This document shows positions 39,276 through 48,624 of a DNA stretch of 64,000 nucleotides, in pieces (positions within the stretch are counted from its first letter, which is position 1; each line of letters begins with the position of its first letter). Source of the DNA: Candidatus Kaiserbacteria bacterium (GTDB taxonomy: Bacteria > Patescibacteriota > Minisyncoccia > Phycocordibacterales > UBA918); contig JANPCG010000012.1 in NCBI GenBank assembly GCA_031430855.1, positions 496-64,495 of the forward strand. Reading direction: 5' to 3'. The notes below the pieces were generated by a model. It ran no database searches, was not told the origin of the DNA, and was given only the letters and a program-made list of their open reading frames with translations. The position numbers and the translations under genes were made by a program.

Positions 39276-39746
39276 ATGGATTCAATTGCACGCAGTGTGA
39301 CTTGGGATGCTCCTGAGCATCATCATATTGAAAAAGGGGGGGATTGGTTTTTCTCGCTTTTAATTATTACTATTGCGGTCGTTATTGCTGCCGTTTTCTT
39401 TAGTAATCTGTTATTTGCAATTTTGTGTGGTGTGGGTGGGGGAGTGCTCGCTATTGCTGCGAGTAAGCGACCAAAAATAATCCCCTATGCAGTGACTGTA
39501 CGAGGGATTCGGATTGGTGAAGCGTTGTACCCATATACCACCCTTCGATCGTGGCACATTGATGAAGATAATCCTCGTGGTCCTCAGCTCCTTGTGCTAT
39601 CAAAGAAGTACTTCATGCCCCTTTTGGTGCTCCCTATTCCCGAAGAGTATGTTGATGATATCGAAGATATTATTGCCGAACGCCTGGGCGAAGAATTTAT
39701 TGAAGAAACGTTCTTCAATATGTTTATGGAATTTCTCGGTTTTTAA
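39276..39746 (+). CDS. Hypothetical 2-TM membrane protein
   Basis: W.APEH....K..DW, two TMs, soluble C-terminal domain. Confidence 0.8.
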   Translation: MDSIARSVTWDAPEHHHIEKGGDWFFSLLIITIAVVIAAVFFSNLLFAILCGVGGGVLAIAASKRPKIIPYAVTVRGIRIGEALYPYTTLRSWHIDEDNPRGPQLLVLSKKYFMPLLVLPIPEEYVDDIEDIIAERLGEEFIEETFFNMFMEFLGF

Positions 39747-39818
39747 TTAAAGAGAATCAAGTGACAGTCATAAAGCTCTGTGGTATTATCGCAGCACTCT
39801 GAAAAAGAGTAACAGACT

Positions 39819-39890
39819 GCTCTCATAGTTTAATGGATAGAATGCCAGTTTGCGGAATTGGCGATTCAGGTTCGATTCCTGGTGAGAGCA
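39819..39890 (+). tRNA. tRNA-Arg(GCG)
   Basis: GCTCTCA...CCAGT-TTGCGGA-ATTGG...GGTTCGATTCC...TGAGAGCA. Confidence 0.92.
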
Positions 39891-40230
39891 CGAGTACAAA
39901 AATGAGCACCCTTCTGGGGTGCCATTTTTGTTCGTGCTCTCACAGAAACTGTGCCTGCGCACAGTTGCGACAGGAATCGAAAGTCGGAGTCATGTCGCTT
40001 TAGCGACAGACGAGACAGGGTCGTGAGTGACATAATTTTAGGGAGTGAAACGACCATAAAATTAGTCGACTCCTGACCGAACTTCCTGGTGAGAGCGGGT
40101 CGAGAGTACTCAGTAACTCGTGACCGATTCCGCACGTGTACAATAAAACCTGGGAGGCTTTAGGACAAAAATCGAAGCCCGATTGAGCCCGTTTGTGAAC
40201 TGAAAGCGAAACAAAATAACAATTGGGTAC
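39891..40230 (+). repeat. tRNA-Arg(GCG) trailer element, copy 1 plus extra module
   Basis: Antisense tRNA copy 39935-39943 and 39971-39981; sense copy 40083-40096; GTAACTCGTGACC; module 40171-40230 shared with the Ser trailer. Confidence 0.85.
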
Positions 40231-40324
40231 ACTGTTCATGTAATGAAAGTTCTCTAGCGAAGACACAGTCTAGCGAGACCTACTGAGAGGCTTAAACACC
40301 TTATAAACATAAATAATTCAATTT

Positions 40325-40618
40325 ATGAAGAAACACGTCATATTTTTCTCACTCCTATTATTTATAGCAATAGGAACACTATTGATTGTCCAAAATCAGC
40401 AAAATGTTGCAGGAAAACAAGAAAATCAATGCCTTGCTTCAGGTGGAGGGTGGGCGCCTTACTGGGATCAGATAGACTGTAATGGAAACAAACTTTTATC
40501 AAATTCTGATTTAGTTAATAGAGATAAGACATGTTGGTGCCATTCGCTAAACACGTGCTGGAACGGTACTGACTGCGTTTCTCGAGAGAGCAGTACACAA
40601 CCGTCCGAAAAAAATTGA
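40325..40618 (+). CDS. Small exported Cys-rich protein
   Basis: Signal/TM segment then six Cys (CLASGGGW...CWC....CWNGTDCV). Confidence 0.75.
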   Translation: MKKHVIFFSLLLFIAIGTLLIVQNQQNVAGKQENQCLASGGGWAPYWDQIDCNGNKLLSNSDLVNRDKTCWCHSLNTCWNGTDCVSRESSTQPSEKN

Positions 40619-40781
40619 GTCAGCATCACTTGCTCTACTAGCCACTTCTCAAAACTCCTAGGTTGTACGATATGTCTGGCTTACTCCATTAATAGATCCT
40701 ACTGACAGACCTTATTAAATGCTGGCCTGATTAGCTTAAAGACTCCTACAGGGCTTGATGAAAGATTTTTCCAGCCCGAGA

Positions 40782-40990
40782 GAGAGCACAAGCACAAAAA
40801 TGAGCACCCCTTAAAAAGGGTGCTATTTTCATTCGTGCTCTCACAGTAATTGTGCCTACGCACAGGTACGTCAGGAATCGAAAGTCGGAGTGATGTGAGT
40901 TTATGAACAAGTGAGACAGGGTCGTGAGCGACATATTTTTAAAGAGCGAAGCGATTATGAAAATAGTCGACTCCTGGCCGATTCCTGGCG
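40782..40990 (+). repeat. Trailer element copy 2, headed by the tRNA-Arg 3' remnant GAGAGCA
   Basis: Colinear, diverged copy of 39884-40090 with compensatory stem changes. Confidence 0.85.
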
Positions 40991-41058
40991 ACAGAACTGC
41001 AAGGTATCCTTATCTCCTACACGAGTGAGTACAAGAATCTAATGTGAGATATAAAAAA

Positions 41059-41091
41059 TGGACTGACATCGCACGAAGCGATGTCAGTCCA
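41059..41091 (-). terminator. Terminator
   Basis: TGGACTGACATCGC-ACGAA-GCGATGTCAGTCCA followed by a T-tract on the minus strand. Confidence 0.75.
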
Positions 41092-41121
41092 GCTACACAA
41101 GCGCCAGGTTTGCAACGGGTA

Positions 41122-41862
41122 TCAGACGTGCGCCACGCTCCGCAGGATGTGTCCTGCCGCAGTGGTTTTGCGATCGAGGCGAGTCAAGTCATGCAGCTGC
41201 ATCTTGATCGATGGACCCATCGATTGAGGTAGGCCGAAGTGGAGCAAGAAGTTCTGACCAAGACCGTGTCGCAAAAACGACTCGGTTTCTTCGGCAATTA
41301 CTTCTGGTTTGTCGCCCATACCTGCCCGAATCACACACTCTGGCATCTCTGCCATTTGACAGCTGCAGCCACAGCCGTGACCCAGAATACGCCCGGTCGC
41401 CACGTTGATGGTCGTTTGTACATCGAAGTACAGGCGACTGCAGAGCGGCAATGCATGAAGCATCGAGTCTGCAATTTGCCAGTTCATGGCGTCGGGGAGT
41501 AGATGTTCGATTTCAGGAATCCGCTCCTCAACCGTCGGATCTTCACGGGTGCCAAGAAATGCCAACGTAGCATAGAACTGTCTCGGCAGCCGGTCGTGGA
41601 AGCGCTGGAAGATGTGTTTCATTGCACCCAAATATTCCGTCTTTAGCCGAAACAGTGGGTCTCTCAGGCGGGGCTGATATTCATCGAAAGTAAAGCTCGA
41701 AACCCCGAGGTATCCAGCCGCGAACCGTTCCGCGATTTCTTGCCCCAGTCTGCACTGGTGCATGGTGTGCATATGCTCCATGAAGCCTTGCAGTGAAGCG
41801 ATGAGATCGGGATAGAAACCGTCCTGCTTGAGGATTTCAAGCGAGGGAGTTGTATGGGGCAT
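41122..41862 (-). CDS. Hypothetical protein (GC-richer, strong SD)
   Basis: GAGGAGG 6 nt before ATG; HGCGCSC motif; own terminator. Confidence 0.7.
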   Translation of the reverse strand: MPHTTPSLEILKQDGFYPDLIASLQGFMEHMHTMHQCRLGQEIAERFAAGYLGVSSFTFDEYQPRLRDPLFRLKTEYLGAMKHIFQRFHDRLPRQFYATLAFLGTREDPTVEERIPEIEHLLPDAMNWQIADSMLHALPLCSRLYFDVQTTINVATGRILGHGCGCSCQMAEMPECVIRAGMGDKPEVIAEETESFLRHGLGQNFLLHFGLPQSMGPSIKMQLHDLTRLDRKTTAAGHILRSVAHV

Positions 41863-41942
41863 GTTAGACCTCCTCTAAGGAACAAATTAGTGGCATCATT
41901 GCCACCCCTCTATACCCATAAGATACAGAGGGGTGAGAACGA

Positions 41943-42784
41943 TTAATGATGAGCAAACTTGTGATTGCGTGTAAATTTCATTCTGGTACGAACTAATCGA
42001 TTGTTGTTATTTAATGTCTGAGCTACGGTAACTATTTCTTCAAGCTCGTCTTGCCACTCTAATACTGTTCCCGAAGGGTTTCTTTGTACATTATTACTCT
42101 CTGGTAGATACACTACTGGAGTAATTCCTAATTCTTTCTCAATGAAATCTTTGTCCTCGCTATCACTAATTTTGTTGCCAACAAATAAATATGGTGTTTG
42201 ATAAAAGTCCATCAGTCCAGCAATCTGTTTGGCGGTTTTAATGCTGTGAAGGGATGGTTCGCAGACAATTACTCCAATATCAATACCCGTTACTATTCCT
42301 GTTGTAACACCATCCGCTCCTGCTTTTTCATCAACGACGACCACTTCATTTTCCTGAAGAGTTAAAAGCGGCAAGTACACCTTGAGTGCCGTGGACAAAC
42401 TGTGACTACATGCCTTGCCATATAAAACAGTATCAGTTTGGGGGCCGGCTGCCATTAAGTACATAGTAGTATTTATTTTTTTGTATATTGGGTAGTTATT
42501 ATATCTGCAGGAGAAAGAGAAAATTGTGCAGTAATATCAACCAAAAATGCTTCTGAATACTTACTGCTGTCCGGCAAATTAATAAACGTTTGCATATCTT
42601 TCAGGCTTCCACCGATATACTTCATTTCTGGCAACTGCCCATTACAAAGATTGTATGAGAGGTCCATATTATGGTCGGCATCGACAGCTAAAACAGTTTT
42701 CCCCTGAGTATGAAAAAAAAGCGCCATCTGTGTTGCCGCTGATGATTTTCCGCTGCCTCCTTTACCTAAAAATCCAATAATCAT
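41943..42784 (-). pseudogene. CooC-like (MinD/ParA-type) ATPase split by a frameshift
   Basis: GKGGSGKS and DAD in 42473-42784; ACSH, DEKAG and GNK in 41943-42464; adding one A to the A7 run at 42476-42482 fuses the halves. Confidence 0.8.
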
Positions 42785-42786
42785 AT

Positions 42787-42845
42787 TTGCAAATTAGTTG
42801 CATTAATATATCAGAATTATTTCATAATGCAACTAAATTGCATTA
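42787..42845. promoter_or_regulatory. Paired Fur/Zur-like palindromic operators
   Basis: TGCAAATTAGTTGCA and TAATGCAACTAAATTGCATTA directly upstream of the CooC-like gene. Confidence 0.6.
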
Positions 42846-42977
42846 TGGGAGGTCTTTCATCGTACACTTGTAGTCAGTATTTTTTCTGAGTAAATCTATA
42901 GCCAACTATTAATGTATCATTTAGTTAAAATATTTCTCTACCTTTATCTATTTCGTATAACCCGTTACAATACCCTC

Positions 42978-43358
42978 ATGCGATTACTTGGTATTGATTA
43001 TGGATCTAAAAAAACAGGCCTAGCTCTCACCGATGAATCGGGAAGTATGGCCTTTCCTCATAGTGTTATCCCAACAAATGCTGACCTATTAAAGACTGTA
43101 GAAGCCTTGATCGTAAGAGAAAAGGTTGGAGAGATAGTACTTGGGTACTCACTCAATCGAGACGGAGAGCCAAATAAAGTACATGAAGCAGCCTCCGAGT
43201 TACTATTGGATCTCACGCTGGCGACCGGTCTGCCTGTCCATCTACAACCAGAACAATACACCACCCAGGCCGCTATCAGGCTGCAGGGGAAATCAGTCAT
43301 GACGGATGCCGCTGCTGCTGCATTAATATTGGATAGTTTTATTACTCAAAAAAAATAA
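42978..43358 (+). CDS. ruvX: YqgF/RuvX family nuclease
   Basis: LLGIDYGSKKTGLA, EQYTT, DAAAAALIL. Confidence 0.92.
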   Translation: MRLLGIDYGSKKTGLALTDESGSMAFPHSVIPTNADLLKTVEALIVREKVGEIVLGYSLNRDGEPNKVHEAASELLLDLTLATGLPVHLQPEQYTTQAAIRLQGKSVMTDAAAAALILDSFITQKK

Positions 43359-43360
43359 TT

Positions 43361-43693
43361 ATGGATACTATTACATACGAGGATTTTGCGAAACTAGAAA
43401 TTGTGATTGGAACTATTACGGCTGTTGAAGTAGTGCCAGATTCATCAAAACTGCTTAAATTAACCGTGGATATTGGAACTGATACCCCACGACAAATATT
43501 GTCAGGTATTAAAAAATACTTTGAAGACCCGCAGTCACTCGTCGGGGTACAGACACCTTTTTTAATAAATTTAGAAACAAAAGTAATCGCAGGACTCGAG
43601 AGTCAGGGTATGATTTTGGCTGCGGGTACTGATGAAGAGTTTGCCTTGCTGACGACAGTGACTCACATAAGTTCTGGCGCTAAGGTAAGATAA
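43361..43693 (+). CDS. tRNA-binding OB-fold protein (MetRS C-terminal/CsaA family)
   Basis: ITYEDFAKLE, KLLKL.VD.G, RQILSGI, ESQGMIL. Confidence 0.88.
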   Translation: MDTITYEDFAKLEIVIGTITAVEVVPDSSKLLKLTVDIGTDTPRQILSGIKKYFEDPQSLVGVQTPFLINLETKVIAGLESQGMILAAGTDEEFALLTTVTHISSGAKVR

Positions 43694-43697
43694 GGGA

Positions 43698-44312
43698 ATG
43701 AACAGTTCTCCTTTTGACGAACAACATTCACTACAAGAAGTGGCACTTTCTCGAGGTGAGAAGTTGTTACGATCTCGGTACGGCTTGTATGGACTTGGAT
43801 TAATTTCTTATGCGGAGTCGGTATTACCAATTCCAATTCTGACTGATCCTTTTCTCGTAGTATACATTCTTGCTAATCGTAAAAAAGCGATATTGGCGAT
43901 CATCGTTGCTACCCTTACTTCATTGGCGGGAGGTGTGACGGCTTATTATTTAGGCTATCTCTTTGCTGATATGTTTTTACCGCTGCTTGGTCCAGAAACC
44001 CTGGAGCAATTTAATGCATTGGCGGTGCGTGTGCACGATGAAACTTTTATTCTTACTATTCTTGGAGCATTAACACCTGTTCCCTATACAGGCGTAGCGG
44101 TGGCAGCTGGTTTTGTGCACGGAAATTTTATGGCATTTGTTGCTGGATCACTTCTCGCGAGAATACTCCGCTACGGTCTCGTCGGGTACCTTACGTATTA
44201 TTTTGGAGCCCAGTGCATGAATATATTAAAAAAGCACACTGTATCATTAACTCTCGGGACTATTGTACTGATTGGTTTGTATGTTGCGTACCGAATGTGG
44301 TTATCGGTGTAG
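43698..44312 (+). CDS. DedA/YqaA family membrane protein
   Basis: AES..PI..D, SLAGG..AY.LG, LTPVPY, R.LRY. Confidence 0.85.
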   Translation: MNSSPFDEQHSLQEVALSRGEKLLRSRYGLYGLGLISYAESVLPIPILTDPFLVVYILANRKKAILAIIVATLTSLAGGVTAYYLGYLFADMFLPLLGPETLEQFNALAVRVHDETFILTILGALTPVPYTGVAVAAGFVHGNFMAFVAGSLLARILRYGLVGYLTYYFGAQCMNILKKHTVSLTLGTIVLIGLYVAYRMWLSV

Positions 44313-44363
44313 TTGTGAGTTGTTTGTATAATCCGTGCCATCAAGAGCGTATACTATAGAGTA

Positions 44364-45458
44364 ATGTCTGTCCTTTTAACTTTAGAAAAAATTATTCCAC
44401 CACCGTCGTTTTTGATGATGCCGAGTACGGGTGTTGATATTTCTGACACCTCACTCAAATACATCCGATTTGCACCAACTGCAAAACCGGGGGCAAAACG
44501 ACAACTCCAAGCTTGGGGTGAGGTTGATATTCCCGATGGAGTATTAAGTCGAGGATCGGTTTTGGATCAAAAAAAATTGATTAGTGTGTTGGAAGAATTT
44601 AAATCTAAAACGAATATCGATCATATTCGAGTATCATTACCAGAAGAGCGAGCCTACCTTTTTGAAACCGAAATAAAACGATCTACTCCAGCTAAAGAAA
44701 TCAGGGGGTTACTTGAGTTTCGTCTTGAAGAAAATGTTCCTATCCCAGCCCGTGAAGCATTTTTTGATTATGATATTCTTGAAGATCGTACAACCGATCA
44801 GTCATTGCGGGTGGTAGTAGCAGCGTATTCTCGCGAAACAATCCTAAATTATTATGATGCCTGTATTGCAGCTAAACTCACACCAGTTTCTTTTGAAGTT
44901 GAGGCTCAGGCAATGGTTCGCTCAGTTTTGCCGCATCATGCTCCTGGTGCCCATATGCTGGTTGATTTTGGGAAAACAAGAACGGGTATCGGTATTGTTC
45001 TTGGTGGGGTACTCATGTATACCTCGACAATTGAATTTGGCGGAAATCAACTTTCTGAAATCCTGCGAAAAGAACTGGGTGAGTTATCAGAATCAGAAAT
45101 AACGCAAATAAAAAACACTCAAGGTCTCATTAAAGGCGTCATTGATACGAGGAGTTATGATGCGTTAATTTCTACTATTTCAGTTATTAAGGATGAAATT
45201 TCTTCCCGTATTCAGTATTGGCATTCTACTCGAGAGGAGAATGGTGTGCGAAGAATTTCTTCGGTAGTACTTTGTGGAGGGAGTGTGAACCTAAAAGGTT
45301 TGCCTGAATATTTAACCGAAGCGCTTGGAATACCGACAGAACGAGCTAATGTTTGGCAAAATGCATTTAGTTTAGATACAGTAATTCCGCCCATAGATTT
45401 GCGACACTCATATGGTTACGCGACGGCAATCGGTTTGGCTCTCAAACGGACGGTATAA
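44364..45458 (+). CDS. pilM: Type IV pilus assembly protein PilM
   Basis: GVDISD.SLK, VDFG..RT, LCGG..NLKGL..YL, AIGLAL. Confidence 0.9.
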   Translation: MSVLLTLEKIIPPPSFLMMPSTGVDISDTSLKYIRFAPTAKPGAKRQLQAWGEVDIPDGVLSRGSVLDQKKLISVLEEFKSKTNIDHIRVSLPEERAYLFETEIKRSTPAKEIRGLLEFRLEENVPIPAREAFFDYDILEDRTTDQSLRVVVAAYSRETILNYYDACIAAKLTPVSFEVEAQAMVRSVLPHHAPGAHMLVDFGKTRTGIGIVLGGVLMYTSTIEFGGNQLSEILRKELGELSESEITQIKNTQGLIKGVIDTRSYDALISTISVIKDEISSRIQYWHSTREENGVRRISSVVLCGGSVNLKGLPEYLTEALGIPTERANVWQNAFSLDTVIPPIDLRHSYGYATAIGLALKRTV

Positions 45459-45462
45459 TTAT

Positions 45463-46011
45463 ATGATAAATCTCCTCCCCCCAACCGCACGAAGAAGTAT
45501 TGTCCGAGAATATTGGCTTCGGGTAGCTACTGTATGGATGTTTCTTTTAGGGACCGGCTGCCTAATTATTGCTGCCTTACTTTTACCTACGTACGTACAA
45601 ATTCATATTCAACTCAGGGCACTTTCTGAGTCAGTAAATGCTTCAACTGAAATGATTACGTCGTATGATACTCTCGCTCAGGAGTTACTGACTGCAAACG
45701 ATCGCGCTAAAATATTAATCAATGCTGCCAGCTCGACGCCATTTTCAACGTATGTTAATTCCATAGAGGAGCTATCCGGCCAAGCTATTTCGATTAATAC
45801 GTATACGTTCACTCGACCAAAAACAGGCGAGGCTACCATCACCGTTTCTGGTGTAGCTCGCACCCGACAGGAGCTCGCTGATTTTAAAGATGTACTCAGT
45901 ACCGATGGAGCATTTAGTCGAGTAGAGCTCCCGATTTCAAATCTCATAAAAGAAAAAGATTTACTCTTTTCTATGCAGCTCATTGTTTCTACAAGTACAA
46001 ATCCACTATGA
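45463..46011 (+). CDS. pilN: PilN-like protein
   Basis: MINLLP motif, TM, SGVA.TR..L..F. Confidence 0.85.
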   Translation: MINLLPPTARRSIVREYWLRVATVWMFLLGTGCLIIAALLLPTYVQIHIQLRALSESVNASTEMITSYDTLAQELLTANDRAKILINAASSTPFSTYVNSIEELSGQAISINTYTFTRPKTGEATITVSGVARTRQELADFKDVLSTDGAFSRVELPISNLIKEKDLLFSMQLIVSTSTNPL

Positions 46012-46538
46012 CAAAAAGCACCAAAACAACATCTATTATAGCGGCAAGTTACTTTACTTTATTTGCTGGAATGCTTTCCTGTGCACTCTATTTAGTCCAT
46101 CAGCAAGGCTCTTCTCTTGATGAAACACGCCATGCTTTGGCAGAGCATTCTGCCAAAGAAGTCGCATACAACTCGGTGGTTAGCATAACTGAAAATAGTC
46201 AGACAAAGCGAGAAGAATTGGCCGGGTATTTTATTACTGAGCGTGATACGGTTGGCTTTATTGCTGATATAGAAAGTGCTGCAGCTATCATTGGAGTTGG
46301 GTTTATTACTACCGAGTTATCCGTAACTGAACTACAGTCAATAGACGGAGTTGTTGTTCCTGCAACACTCGTAGTAGGGAGTAAATTTACCGGCACAAAA
46401 ACGGCTGTTAATAAATTCCTAATCTTATTAGAAAATTTACCCTATCACACCAACATTCCTTCCGTTACGTTATCAAATCAGTCGGAGGATGGGACGTATA
46501 CTGGACAGGCTGAAATAATACTCACGATAAAACCATGA
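46008..46538 (+). CDS. PilO-like protein
   Basis: TM, coiled coil, F.G....V.KFL..LENLPY; operon position. Confidence 0.7.
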   Translation: MTKSTKTTSIIAASYFTLFAGMLSCALYLVHQQGSSLDETRHALAEHSAKEVAYNSVVSITENSQTKREELAGYFITERDTVGFIADIESAAAIIGVGFITTELSVTELQSIDGVVVPATLVVGSKFTGTKTAVNKFLILLENLPYHTNIPSVTLSNQSEDGTYTGQAEIILTIKP

Positions 46539-46996
46539 TAGAAACTAAAGATATAACCAAAATGGTGCAACATGTCGTACGGCGAAAACGCGGTATTGCT
46601 GATCCACAAATTATGCACCCCATGCGGGAGTGGGTGATTGGAATTGGAGTAGCAGCAGCGGTTGTAACAGCTGGCTCCGTTCTCGCTGCGACTCTCTATA
46701 ACTATTATGATGAAAAGCGAGATACCATTATTACGGTAAGTGAAACATTGGTGCCCTACAACGCCGCCTTGATAGAATCAGCGCTTACTCAGTATCGTCA
46801 AAAGCAGCAACAGTATAATCTAATTGTAGGAACGAGTATCTCGTCAGTGCCCACTACTGAGTCGACTAAAGAAACGGCTACCTCAACTGAAACGACAGAG
46901 AGCGGTGTTGTTAAAGATGAAATTCGAATTCCAGAAATAATCCCACAAGAAACCGTTGATGCAGAAGCTGTGACGACTCCTGATTTAGCAATATAG
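46535..46996 (+). CDS. Single-TM hypothetical protein in the pil operon
   Basis: ATGA overlap with the PilO-like gene; P.REW, TM, Thr/Glu-rich tail. Confidence 0.7.
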   Translation: MIETKDITKMVQHVVRRKRGIADPQIMHPMREWVIGIGVAAAVVTAGSVLAATLYNYYDEKRDTIITVSETLVPYNAALIESALTQYRQKQQQYNLIVGTSISSVPTTESTKETATSTETTESGVVKDEIRIPEIIPQETVDAEAVTTPDLAI

Positions 46997-47066
46997 GAAA
47001 AAGAAAAATAGAATTAAAGTTTGTGCCATAGACCAGAACGCTCTCGTGTGTCTGGTTGGTCATTTG

Positions 47067-47386
47067 TGTCCAGGCAAGGAATCTAACATTATCTGTTCAG
47101 TACAGGTTGTCGATATTGTGCCTCCGCTAGGAATCGAACCTAGAATAACGGCTTAGAAGTCCGCAGTTATATCCATTTAACTACAAAGGCAATTTTAAAA
47201 GTTCTTATGGCTGGAATCGAAACGTACCGTTTCAGTACAGGTTGTCACTATTTTAGTGCACGAATGCAAAAAATACTAGCAACCTCTTGATACCGTATCC
47301 CATACTGTATCAACCTAGTATAACGGCTTAGAAGTCCGATGAAATCGGCTCCCCGCAGATTTCATTATCCATTTAACTACCGGGAC
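47067..47386 (-). pseudogene. Fragmented tRNA-Arg(UCU) with hairpin insertions, enclosing an intact tRNA
   Basis: 5' part 47312-47386 (GTCCCGGTAGTTAAATGGATA...CGGACTTCTAAGCCG..CTAGGTT); 3' part 47067-47087 (GATTCCTTGCCTGGACA); acceptor strands pair. Confidence 0.65.
47119..47190 (-). tRNA. tRNA-Arg(UCU)
   Basis: GCCTTTG...CTTCTAA...GGTTCGATTCC...CGGAGGCA; one A.G mismatch in the anticodon stem. Confidence 0.88.
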
Positions 47387-47482
47387 AGGGTAGGTACATT
47401 ATGTATGCACGTGGCGTTAGAATAGCAGAAAATTATAGAGGAGGAAACCAGATGGGGAAGCAGGTCTGATATAGTAGAAGGC

Positions 47483-48229
47483 ATGAAATTGATTAATCTA
47501 AATGTGGAAGGGCTTATTCACTCTGAAAAAATATTCCCTTTTTTATTAACAGAATCAGCTGACGTGGTCTGTTTGCAAGAGGCGGCTGCGATTCATGTTA
47601 AATTTCTCCAAGAAAATGGCTACTCTGTTGTATTTGAGGAGCGGTGTATCCGTGAACAAAATGGAGTAGAATTTATTGACGGACTCCTATTCGCTACCAA
47701 GAAACCAGCTTCGGTTTCGATGTTCTGCTATCACAAACCAGGTTTGCCAGTAGAGACAGAGAATTTTAATTACGAGACCGAACGGAATCCTACACCGCGA
47801 CATATTCTTGTAGGAAGTGTCTCAATTGATGGGGTCGAATTTGTAATCGGGACGACACACTTTACTTGGACACGCGACGGCGATGTAGCTTGCGCGGCAC
47901 AGCAAGAAGATATGCAGAAGTTTTTAGGGTGTGCCAAAGACCTACCCGACCATATTATGTGTGGCGATTTTAATATTCCGCGTCACTACAATTCTATGTA
48001 TCAGGAATTACTGGATGTGTATACTGACGAAATACCCGAGTCATATAAAACAAGTCTTGATGCTTCATTTCATCGTTTAAATCAAGACGAAGTAAAAAGA
48101 GAGAAGCTCGATCGGTATATGGTTGATTACGTATTTCAAACTAAAGGGTATCTCATCAATAATATCCGTTTAGAGTTTGGATTAAGTGACCACGCTGCCA
48201 TTGTGGCAGAGGTAGGGAGGGGTAAATAA
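47483..48229 (+). CDS. Endonuclease/exonuclease/phosphatase family protein
   Basis: NLN, DVVCLQE, TH, CGDFN, DYVF, SDH. Confidence 0.92.
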   Translation: MKLINLNVEGLIHSEKIFPFLLTESADVVCLQEAAAIHVKFLQENGYSVVFEERCIREQNGVEFIDGLLFATKKPASVSMFCYHKPGLPVETENFNYETERNPTPRHILVGSVSIDGVEFVIGTTHFTWTRDGDVACAAQQEDMQKFLGCAKDLPDHIMCGDFNIPRHYNSMYQELLDVYTDEIPESYKTSLDASFHRLNQDEVKREKLDRYMVDYVFQTKGYLINNIRLEFGLSDHAAIVAEVGRGK

Positions 48230-48267
48230 CGTTACGTCTTTCAAGTCTCTACGCAAATGATTTTCTG

Positions 48268-48454
48268 TGGTCACGAGTTACTCAATATTCAATTGATTGA
48301 GGGCTCGGTCACAGATAATTTTCTTCGAAAATTTCTGTGACCACGACTCGCTCGTAAACATCGCTGCGTCTTTCGAGCCCCTACGCAAGCAACGCAGGTT
48401 GCTTGCTCATCGCGCACAAATGCAAAAACCGCCTGATGGCGGTTTTTGCATTTG
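48268..48454 (-). repeat. tRNA-Val trailer element
   Basis: Antisense tRNA copy at 48406-48416 and 48372-48382 split by a CCTGCG hairpin; CGCAGCGATGTT; GTAACTCGTGACC. Confidence 0.85.
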
Positions 48455-48527
48455 TGCGCGATGAGGGGCTCGAACCCCCGACCTTTTCAGTGTAAATGAA
48501 CTGCTCTACCAACTGAGCTAATCGCGC
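48455..48527 (-). tRNA. tRNA-Val(UAC)
   Basis: GCGCGATTAGCTCAG...TTTACAC...GGTTCGAGCCC...ATCGCGCA. Confidence 0.95.
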
Positions 48528-48624
48528 AAAAGCCCATGCCAACAATTTGCTGGTAGCCACCATAGTACGCGGTTTTCAGAATATTTCAATATCCCCCCGA
48601 GGGAGGTATACTACGACGACATTT

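Noticed and set aside
40724-40781. Possible degenerate tRNA 5' half before trailer copy 2
   Set aside because: No cloverleaf could be built; only the 7-nt 3' remnant is convincing
39866-40934. Similar minus-strand ORFs 39866-40135 and 40746-40934 (MSLTTLS...)
   Set aside because: The similarity comes from the duplicated non-coding trailer
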